Of a DNA stretch of 64,000 nt, positions 56,940-64,000 are shown in pieces (positions within the stretch are counted from its first letter, which is position 1; every line of letters starts with the position of its first letter). This stretch comes from Oligoflexales bacterium (GTDB taxonomy: Bacteria; Bdellovibrionota_B; Oligoflexia; Oligoflexales; CAIYRB01), in NCBI GenBank assembly GCA_041736175.1, contig JBGSUI010000014.1:32001-96000 (forward strand), written 5' to 3'. The position numbers were made by a program, and so were the translations under genes. The notes beneath the pieces were generated by a model, which was not told the DNA's origin, searched no databases, and saw nothing but the letters and a program-made list of their open reading frames with translations.

Positions 56940-57981
56940 CACATTGTTCCTTTCTGACGCATGCCACGGCATATGCGGCTCGTTCGAGTCCGATTCCAAT
57001 ACAGGCTGAATGTCTGTTGTGCCCCTCTGGGAGGAAGCCACTCGTAAAATGATCTTGATGGTCGTTAAATGAAGCGATGGACATGGCAACGTCATCGATC
57101 TGGACAATCAGCTCCAGCTTGGATTGGTTTATGAGTTGGAGAATGGCCAACTTGGTGTCGGCAGGCTCGAAAAAAACATCATTGGCGGTCATGATCTCGA
57201 TCGGCAAATTGAAGTGCTGGGAAAAAATCTCTGCGAAAGCGAGGAAAAATTCTTTGAACCCTAGTAACTCCTTGCCGTCGCCGACCCAAATAACTTCGCG
57301 CACCTGAAAATGTCGCAACCTCTGCGATGGGTGCCGCTGGGGAGGATGAGGTGCAAATTGGCCGGCTTCATTGCGGTGGGCAAACCCCCGACTGACGAAA
57401 TATGCTTGCTTACCATTTGGCTCCACAAATCTAGCTAATTGAGGATACAAGCCAAGGCACACTGCGGGAGAAAGGCAAAAAGAGTCCGTCGCTTTTGGCT
57501 TGACCAGAAGTTCGGCAACTTGCTTCTCGTCACGGGGCAAATACCCCATTTTAACCAAGTCCGATCGCAAAACGATCTGGGGCAAAACGAGGCTTTTTGG
57601 TTCGAATGAAGCGAAATGTTGGAGGCAAAATTGATCTATCTCTTCGATGATGTTTGACATCTCGCCATATTCACCGATCACACCCGGGACAGCGGACATG
57701 GAAAAACCATCGATCATGCAGCCCTTGAGGCTCCTCATGGTAAGGGCATGTTCCTGGGGAATTTTTTTCGCTTGAGCCCGGCGAGCAAAATTTTTAACCT
57801 GACCTTGGAAACTGTTTACATGCTCAATCATGGGCTGAGTCAATGTCTCGGAGACCAGAAATAGCTGGCCAGCCTCTTCCTTCAGTTCAACGTCGACGCC
57901 GAATCCCGCCAAAAGTTGGCTTTGCAGCAATTGAGCTAGTTTGGGGTTAGAAAACTGAATTTCAATTTTGGGCATAATCAA
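56932..57981 (-). CDS. Amino acid:[carrier protein] ligase (atypical SerRS-like class II aaRS paralog)
   Basis: LSPAVC..LYP, HRNE (motif 2), RLRHFQVRE, ANDVFF, KLEL, SFNDHQDHF, HSACIGIGLER (motif 3); adjacent carrier protein. Confidence 0.85.
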   Translation of the reverse strand: MIMPKIEIQFSNPKLAQLLQSQLLAGFGVDVELKEEAGQLFLVSETLTQPMIEHVNSFQGQVKNFARRAQAKKIPQEHALTMRSLKGCMIDGFSMSAVPGVIGEYGEMSNIIEEIDQFCLQHFASFEPKSLVLPQIVLRSDLVKMGYLPRDEKQVAELLVKPKATDSFCLSPAVCLGLYPQLARFVEPNGKQAYFVSRGFAHRNEAGQFAPHPPQRHPSQRLRHFQVREVIWVGDGKELLGFKEFFLAFAEIFSQHFNLPIEIMTANDVFFEPADTKLAILQLINQSKLELIVQIDDVAMSIASFNDHQDHFTSGFLPEGHNRHSACIGIGLERAAYAVACVRKEQCDA

Positions 57982-60007
57982 ACCTCAAGTTCGATTCCAC
58001 TTCTTTGACGAAATCAAAAAAGTCCTCTTCCGATTTTTGGTACGTGAGGATTTCAACCGGGTAGTCAAAACCTCTTGGAGGCGGCGTATAATAGTCTCCA
58101 GGATTTTTCGTCCAAACCGATTGCAAGTGGGCAGGATGGGCCTCTATAAACTGCCTTCCGTGGATCTCACGGATGAGTCCATGCCCCTGGATTCGCGGAA
58201 CCAAATCCGCAAAAACCCCTGGTTGCCACTCGGGCACAAACTGTGCCTTAGGATCGAGGAATGGATAGCCACAGCTTTTAAATGCCAACCAAGTCAAAAA
58301 CCCGCCCCCTCCCATTCTAAAGTTAACCTCAATAATGCCGAGCCTATGCGTCTGATCATCAAAGCGAAACTCTATGTGTAAATAGGGTGCTTCTGTCCCC
58401 AAGGTTTTGCACAATTTTAAAAGGTGGGATCGAAATCGATCCCAAAGCATTTTTTGCTTATCGCCATTCAAGATATAGGTGTGGTCGAGAAGGAAGGATT
58501 GATGGGTCGCGGCCTTTTCAAAAATACCGATAACCTCATAGTGACCATTGATGTTTACCACTTCCGCGGCGTATTCGGATCCACTTAGCTCTTCTTCTGC
58601 CAAGATTTTAACCGTTTCATTCGCAGGAAAGAAAATTCGATGAAATCGCTTTATGTCATTGAAAGCTTGGTGCGCTTGTGAATGATCTGTGATCCGATAT
58701 ACCTGACAGCTTCCCCAACCCGACGACGTTTTCATGACGAATGGAAAAGTCCAGTTCTTGAGCGACTCAACAATCTCTACAGCCTGAAACTTAATCTCAA
58801 ATTCGCTGCCTTTCAGGCACTCTCGGACCTTCTGCTTGTTCATGTAGCCTGATTGGGGATCAGACATGGCCGATGCGTCGTCGAGATGCAGAATCGACGC
58901 CGTTGAATACTGTGAGGCAACATGGACTCCACATGTATCTAGGAGATCTTTGAGCACTTTTGATTGGGGGCTAATGCCCCGAACACGGTACTCCCTTTTC
59001 TTTTGAACATAGCGAGTGAAAAAAAGGTCCTCAATGTGAACTGTCAGATGTAAAAGCGAGAGAAAAATATCTTTAAATTGAGGGATGATTTTCGCCTGGC
59101 CTGTTAAACCAAATTTCTGGCTAAGAGCTACGACAATGTCGGTCAATTCATTCGTCTGTTGCAATAACGTCTGTATATCAGGGTCAAATATATTCTTTGC
59201 GTGCAGATAGTGCTTAACAAAAACCAAGAATGGTTTGTAGTGAAATTGGACTGGCCAAAAGAACTTAACGAGCAAAACACTTTTGTATCCGTTGCGAACC
59301 TTCTCCGCAAGGTCGTCAGAGTCAAGCTGCCAAGATTCCACTTCTTGAATCAATAATTCCGTGCCAGCGGCCTGGCCGTCGAATCGCTGACTACTTATTT
59401 TTTTCGCGACCTCTTCAATCTTGGTGTCGATTTTTTCCAGCCCAATGAATTCTTCAGGCTCTAGGGTCGCTAATTTTTTTATGCTTGAAAAAAAACGCAA
59501 AATCTGCAGATCCAAAACTTGGTTCACCTGATGGAGTTTCGAGAAAAAATAATCGAAATCGGTGGTTTTACGTACGAAGAAATCATCTCCGCGGAGTGAG
59601 GTCAGTTTAATCTGGCGACTGGATTCATCAAATATAGGCTCAACGACCCAGGTCGAAAGCAAGGTCTCGCCGGAAAGTTCGTTGGAATAGGTCATAAGAA
59701 AGACGCTCTGGGGGTCTTCTCCCCATAAGGCTTGCATTTTGATCCAAAGCTCATCGGAATTTTGCGCCTTAAGCTCTGCTTCCTGCAACACGTTATGGTC
59801 TTCGAGGAATCGCGCAAATTGGTTCTCCATTCCGACGACTCTACCGTTTTTTTTCTCGACTAGAATCCGATCATACAAAAGAAGCGGCAAGTGATGAATG
59901 CCGTGTTCAAAGTGCAAAAAAATCGAAGCGGGTCTCTCGTAGCAAATGAGCTCGCGATAGTCCTGATAGGCCGGGTCAGTCAGGAGATTGTGCCTAATCA
60001 TGGTCAC
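57962..60007 (-). CDS. Unknown N-terminal domain fused to L-amino acid ligase-type ATP-grasp
   Basis: C-half: MNK..VR, PFVMK..GWGS..V, EEELSGSEY, HIEFR, IIEVNFRMGGG; N-terminal ~340 aa not assigned. Confidence 0.82.
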   Translation of the reverse strand: MTMIRHNLLTDPAYQDYRELICYERPASIFLHFEHGIHHLPLLLYDRILVEKKNGRVVGMENQFARFLEDHNVLQEAELKAQNSDELWIKMQALWGEDPQSVFLMTYSNELSGETLLSTWVVEPIFDESSRQIKLTSLRGDDFFVRKTTDFDYFFSKLHQVNQVLDLQILRFFSSIKKLATLEPEEFIGLEKIDTKIEEVAKKISSQRFDGQAAGTELLIQEVESWQLDSDDLAEKVRNGYKSVLLVKFFWPVQFHYKPFLVFVKHYLHAKNIFDPDIQTLLQQTNELTDIVVALSQKFGLTGQAKIIPQFKDIFLSLLHLTVHIEDLFFTRYVQKKREYRVRGISPQSKVLKDLLDTCGVHVASQYSTASILHLDDASAMSDPQSGYMNKQKVRECLKGSEFEIKFQAVEIVESLKNWTFPFVMKTSSGWGSCQVYRITDHSQAHQAFNDIKRFHRIFFPANETVKILAEEELSGSEYAAEVVNINGHYEVIGIFEKAATHQSFLLDHTYILNGDKQKMLWDRFRSHLLKLCKTLGTEAPYLHIEFRFDDQTHRLGIIEVNFRMGGGGFLTWLAFKSCGYPFLDPKAQFVPEWQPGVFADLVPRIQGHGLIREIHGRQFIEAHPAHLQSVWTKNPGDYYTPPPRGFDYPVEILTYQKSEEDFFDFVKEVESNLRFDYAQN

Positions 60008-60878
60008 CCCCTAAAACTATATCTGATGTTTGTTTAAGTGATTTCAAATGGTCCTCTGCAAGGGCATTGCAGCTCAGAATCTTAAATAAAAGGTCATGTG
60101 CCATGCGCAAACTATCAGTGGTCGATAAGCTGTGCTTTTGCAGTAAATTTAGCAGGCTAAGTCTAAGCTGCAAGATTTCATCTGGAAATTTAATCGACTC
60201 TAAAAAGTGATACCAACCAAAGTCAAGCAAATGGGGTTCCCAGGTTAACCGCATCAATTTACGCAAACAGGTAGCAAGCATGTATGTTTCGGAGGCATTC
60301 AGAAAAAACTGCTGTCTTTTGATTCTTTTTTTAATGAGAAAACTAAGGACTATAATTTCATCGCCGAGAGCCATAATGCTTTCCCGAGACTGTTTTTTAT
60401 CCTCAATGTACTTACTGACTTCTTCCGCCATATTTTGGTTGTTCAATGACGCGGGCTTAGCGTCCTGGCTAAAGACCAAAGTGGCTTTTGGTATCCGACG
60501 GATGGAATCGACCTGAGACAAGGGGAGTAAATACAGATCCAATTGATAGATTTTGTTTTCGAATGAAACCAAATAGACATAACCTAGACCACCAAAATTT
60601 GGCACGATCTTATCAAGCCACCCCGGACGAATGACGCTAAAATGTTGCTCTATGATCGCATCGAGGGAATCGACAGTTAAGATGTAGCTGTCGTCATTGA
60701 TCATCAAAACTAAATCGACGTCTGAACTGCGGTCATAGGAATTAGATGCAATAGAGCCTCTAATATAAGCTGAGTGCAAATAGGACTGACTGGAAAATAT
60801 GCCAAGTAGTTCGTCCAGGATGACGAAGTGAGCTGGGGGCGACTCCATCAGCACATCAATAAGTCTTCCATGTTTCAT
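59994..60878 (-). CDS. Pol-beta superfamily nucleotidyltransferase (antibiotic adenylyltransferase-like)
   Basis: GSIASNSYDRSSDVDL (GS-x-DxD), third Asp in QLDL, helical C-terminal domain. Confidence 0.8.
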   Translation of the reverse strand: MKHGRLIDVLMESPPAHFVILDELLGIFSSQSYLHSAYIRGSIASNSYDRSSDVDLVLMINDDSYILTVDSLDAIIEQHFSVIRPGWLDKIVPNFGGLGYVYLVSFENKIYQLDLYLLPLSQVDSIRRIPKATLVFSQDAKPASLNNQNMAEEVSKYIEDKKQSRESIMALGDEIIVLSFLIKKRIKRQQFFLNASETYMLATCLRKLMRLTWEPHLLDFGWYHFLESIKFPDEILQLRLSLLNLLQKHSLSTTDSLRMAHDLLFKILSCNALAEDHLKSLKQTSDIVLGGDHD

Positions 60879-61738
60879 TCTTTAACCCCTTTGCCAATAT
60901 AAAGCTCCCTCTTCGCGCTCCAGTGCTGGCTAAGGGAGGGGTCTCCACTAAAGTACTCCGTCAATAGGTCATAGGAGCTTTTGCCACCTAAGTCATACAA
61001 ATGAAAACTCTTGAGGAACTGGTCGACCACGGCACGTGAATGCCCAAGTCGCAGTAACTTATCGCGGTCAGCATCGCGCAATACAGGTGGATCTTTCTCG
61101 AACAAAACTTCACTATCCAGCCATTCATTTTTTATAAGATTCTCGAGTTGCTCGTCGATATAACAATCAAAAAGCAAGTGAATTCTCTCTTTCACGCCCA
61201 CATTTGCCGCACCGTGACGATGAGTCGGGTCCAGCTTCCAGAGGAAACCTCTCTTTAAATGCACATTAAATTCGGGAAAAGAAAAAAAGGCTCCGGAGTC
61301 GCTGACCAAAGGAAGGTGCAAGCGTACCCGTCGGGAGTTATTTAGTTCCCTGTAATCAACGTGCTCCCAAAGGTAAGAGTTCGACCCGAGTTTAGCGATC
61401 CTTAGCCACATGACGTTGAGGTTCAAACCTTCGACAAATTTTCTGGTTGTGGGCAGAAAATCTAAGATCTCCGTAGCCCGACCGGTACCGTCGTAGATTT
61501 CGTTTTGCGACATATCTCCACAAGGATTCATCAAGGTTACAGTTTTCCAGTTACCCGATTGGTATTCCCCATATGAGCTTTTCCATGGAAGGAGGTCAGA
61601 ATGAAATTCAATTTCTCCAGTCATCTTGATGAGATCGGTTTCCGGGATACAAGCCAGCTGCGAAACACTCTTTTTAAGACGATCTTTTTTTTCCGTTTGA
61701 AGAGCGGAACTTTGAGGTCCGCCATTAGATGATGTCAT
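60875..61738 (-). CDS. Fe(II)/2-oxoglutarate oxygenase, L-proline cis-hydroxylase-like (Asp/Asn beta-hydroxylase fold)
   Basis: YGEYQSGNWK, HVDYREL (HxD), RLHLPL, LD...HGAAN, RIHL; helical C-terminal extension; 287 aa. Confidence 0.82.
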   Translation of the reverse strand: MTSSNGGPQSSALQTEKKDRLKKSVSQLACIPETDLIKMTGEIEFHSDLLPWKSSYGEYQSGNWKTVTLMNPCGDMSQNEIYDGTGRATEILDFLPTTRKFVEGLNLNVMWLRIAKLGSNSYLWEHVDYRELNNSRRVRLHLPLVSDSGAFFSFPEFNVHLKRGFLWKLDPTHRHGAANVGVKERIHLLFDCYIDEQLENLIKNEWLDSEVLFEKDPPVLRDADRDKLLRLGHSRAVVDQFLKSFHLYDLGGKSSYDLLTEYFSGDPSLSQHWSAKRELYIGKGVKE

Positions 61739-61947
61739 TGATGGCTCCCATTTGTTCGTCGGCCTGTGAATCGAGTAAGTTACGAGAGTCTAGTCGATTC
61801 GGCTGGTGACATTTGGGGCGGCAGATTAAAAAATTGACTGTCTCGCAAGTCGAAGGTCTTTGTATCAAGAAGTATGTCTCCTTTCAATGTGGAATGAGCT
61901 GGGTTTAGAAGCAGATAGCCGCAACGGACGTTGACCAGGGGTGTAAG

Positions 61948-63378
61948 TCAATCCGAAGGATTGCGGGGGTTAATTTCTTCCCGATCGAGAGGATGGCCGA
62001 TAAGCGGCACCTGGACGGAGCCCCCGCTGCCGACATTGGTCACTAACGATTTCGAAGTCCGGGTAAAGGCTCCGCAGGGCTGCCCCCTCAATAGAAAATA
62101 TGCATGCGAGGTATAAAGGGGCTGTCCACCCGAGAGGCAATGCTCCGGTGACTCGAACCGCTGGACAACGTAGTTTTCTGACCCGACCCGCCGAGCCCCT
62201 TCGAGTGCTTTTCTCCATTCAAGTGCGGAGATTGAACTCCCTATGACCACGCTGCGACCGCGTGTATCCAGGGATTTCTTTAGCACCCACTTATCCTTAT
62301 AGTCGGATATATTACCAAATTCCGTAGGGCTTAATTGATGCAGCATTTTCGTCACAGGAACAATTTCCTCGATCAATGACCGCTCAGACTGGTCAAGAAT
62401 GGGGCTGGCAAGCTTTGATTGCAGAAATGCGAGGGTGCTTTTATTGTCTATTAGAAAAGAGCTGCAGAACGGATTGATATAGGGTACCCCCGCTCGGATT
62501 CCCGCTAGCAGGGCCTCAATATCCGTCCGGCTCCTCGTAATCGGGCACTCAAAATCAGTGCCCGGGGTGATATCGATTTTAGCGAACAGAGCATCCACCT
62601 TCCTCCCGTTAGCTAACAGGGTGCCACCCGCAAGTTGCAGATCCTCGACAAAGGAGCGAACTACATCCAGGCCAATTTCGCCCGCCTCGCGCTCCATAAC
62701 CATTAATTCGTTGACCATCGTGTTTATCCGGCTGTTGACAATTCCCAAGGTCGGTCGTGCATGGCCACATTTTGCGCTGACAAAGTCCCTAATTCCCTTC
62801 ATAAAAAGCGGCTCACGTTGTGCAAGAAAAGGCTCCATGGCGAAAGGCACTTGGGACTTTATCTGAGCAAAAAGCTCCGTCGATGTTAATGCCTGAAAAA
62901 AGTACGGCGAAAATGACAATGCGGCAGGGGCTGCGGCGTTGAGTTCGTATATGCGCGGTGATCCAGATGGCGTTAGCGAAAAATCATAACGACACAAAAA
63001 AACGTTTGGGTCAACATTGCAATTTATACGGACGAACTCATCCATCATGGGCGGCAGCCGAAAAAAGGCTCTCACCGCCGCTGAAGCCAAATATAAAGCG
63101 GGAATTCGTTCGATTATTTTATGCAACCTGGCAAATTTACCTTCGAGATCGGTCTTAAGATTTTCACTGAAGACGAACGGAAGGTGCATCAGGGACAACG
63201 AGCGAGTCTCAAACAAGACTCCCGCCCTACTCAACGCGTCATTGATTACCCCATCCGTCCTGTCCTTTGTAATGGCATCGACGAAACCCCAGCCGAACGC
63301 ATCATCCGCTAGGTTTATCCGACCAGAGCGCCGGAGTTTCTCCAGCATTGCCGAATGGGCCAGGTTGTTAAGCATCAT
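61948..63378 (-). CDS. Second glutathionylspermidine-synthase-like / circularly permuted ATP-grasp ligase
   Basis: RYD...IYELN, INP....DNK, WVLKK..DTRG..V.IG, YVVQ, VTNV..GG. Confidence 0.78.
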   Translation of the reverse strand: MMLNNLAHSAMLEKLRRSGRINLADDAFGWGFVDAITKDRTDGVINDALSRAGVLFETRSLSLMHLPFVFSENLKTDLEGKFARLHKIIERIPALYLASAAVRAFFRLPPMMDEFVRINCNVDPNVFLCRYDFSLTPSGSPRIYELNAAAPAALSFSPYFFQALTSTELFAQIKSQVPFAMEPFLAQREPLFMKGIRDFVSAKCGHARPTLGIVNSRINTMVNELMVMEREAGEIGLDVVRSFVEDLQLAGGTLLANGRKVDALFAKIDITPGTDFECPITRSRTDIEALLAGIRAGVPYINPFCSSFLIDNKSTLAFLQSKLASPILDQSERSLIEEIVPVTKMLHQLSPTEFGNISDYKDKWVLKKSLDTRGRSVVIGSSISALEWRKALEGARRVGSENYVVQRFESPEHCLSGGQPLYTSHAYFLLRGQPCGAFTRTSKSLVTNVGSGGSVQVPLIGHPLDREEINPRNPSD

Positions 63379-63887
63379 ATCCCCATAAATAAGCTAGTTT
63401 AAGTCGGCTAGTGCTGCCCTTAGAAATATCTCCACCGCCAACTGCGGCCGGTTTGAGAGTCCTTGCGCGCCGAGACTTGAGGGTGAATCCCTCGGTTTGC
63501 ATCATGCAAATTTCAAGCCATTTTATCAAAAATGCATAAACATCATTCATACTGGTCATTTAGGTGTCCACATCAAAGGCGAGCTTCGAGGACTTCTGAG
63601 TATCATCGGGGTAAAAAGTTACAAGATGATACCGGTGGCCGGCAGATTTTTATTGAGGTTTTCGACTTCAAACGGATTGAAGTCCGCACACTCCAGCCAT
63701 TCTGGCCGTCGAGGTTAGGCACCTAGTCTCTTACAACATCTAACCTATTGCTTTCACTGAGAAAACTTTAATTTCTTAATTAATTCGCGAAACCAGGACA
63801 AAGGCCGAAACGTTATACAGCTGAAAATGTTGCGCTTTCAGCCGCCGGTCCGACCTTGCCGCCGCTCCTGTTGTTGTGCTATTTTTC

Positions 63888-63960
63888 TGGTAGACACACT
63901 GGTCTCAGAAGCCAGTGCCCGTAAGGGTGTGGAGGTTCAAGTCCTCTCGCTCGCACCATA
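63888..63960 (+). repeat. Duplicated 3' part of tRNA-Leu (att-like; not a full tRNA)
   Basis: Matches 53391-53463 with 2 mismatches; 5' acceptor strand absent. Confidence 0.92.
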
Positions 63961-64000
63961 GAATGCCTGCCCTAAAGCCCTACCACTCACGAAGTAGTGA

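Larger units (their letters stand above)
53402..63960. mobile_element. Genomic island integrated at tRNA-Leu(CAG), no integrase inside
   Basis: 62-bp perfect direct repeat at 53402-53463 and 63899-63960; cargo is a TA remnant plus a biosynthetic cluster. Confidence 0.85.

Noticed and set aside
56940..57107. N-terminal extension of the carrier protein given by the ORF track
   Set aside because: Overlaps the ligase gene; the RBS supports ATG at 56939
421..63312. Numerous 60-165 aa ORFs nested in or antisense to identified genes
   Set aside because: Shadow ORFs with no motifs, overlapping confidently assigned CDSs
54167..63378. Graspetide/RiPP or classical NRPS interpretation of the cluster
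   Set aside because: No precursor with a repeated Thr/Ser/Lys-Asp/Glu core, no A or C domains; the ligases look like LAL and GSP-synthase types
63368..63726. Short ORFs upstream of the cluster as an integrase remnant or precursor peptide
   Set aside because: No recombinase motifs, no convincing RBS, several conflicting frames
63888..63958. Second tRNA-Leu gene
   Set aside because: Upstream bases cannot pair with the CGCTCGC acceptor strand; truncated copy
1..64000. CRISPR array, rRNA, IS/transposase, prophage genes
   Set aside because: No spaced repeat array or recognisable motifs seen by eye

Overview
A 64 kb bacterial chromosomal segment. The gene content (RomR-like regulator, large TPR proteins, many orphan lipoproteins, recurrent sigma28-type promoters) suggests a Bdellovibrionota/Oligoflexia-like organism; this is inference. 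Positions 1-36 kb are mostly housekeeping: birA-coaX fusion, nadC, romR-like, rdgC-like, efp-accB-accC, panP, gmhA, manA, prfC, HU, rimI-like, GT9, rlmI-like, RluA family, grxD, udk, CYTH. Two tRNA genes each anchor an integrase-less insertion marked by a duplicated tRNA 3' end. The first is a 1.3 kb Phd/RelE toxin-antitoxin islet at tRNA-fMet. The second is a ~10.4 kb island at tRNA-Leu(CAG) and is the standout. It carries a co-oriented, NRPS-independent peptide biosynthetic cluster: a SerRS-like amino acid:[carrier protein] ligase with its carrier protein, two glutathionylspermidine-synthase-like ATP-grasp ligases, an L-amino-acid-ligase-type ATP-grasp fused to an unknown N-terminal domain, a proline-hydroxylase-like Fe/2OG oxygenase, a Pol-beta nucleotidyltransferase and an MFS exporter, next to a decayed BrnT/BrnA module. 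A second uncharacterised system is a divergent five-gene cluster of exported c-type cytochromes/lipoproteins plus a Tat-exported DUF1501-like protein (43-50 kb). No CRISPR array, rRNA, transposase or integrase was seen. All family assignments come from motif recognition by eye, not database searches.
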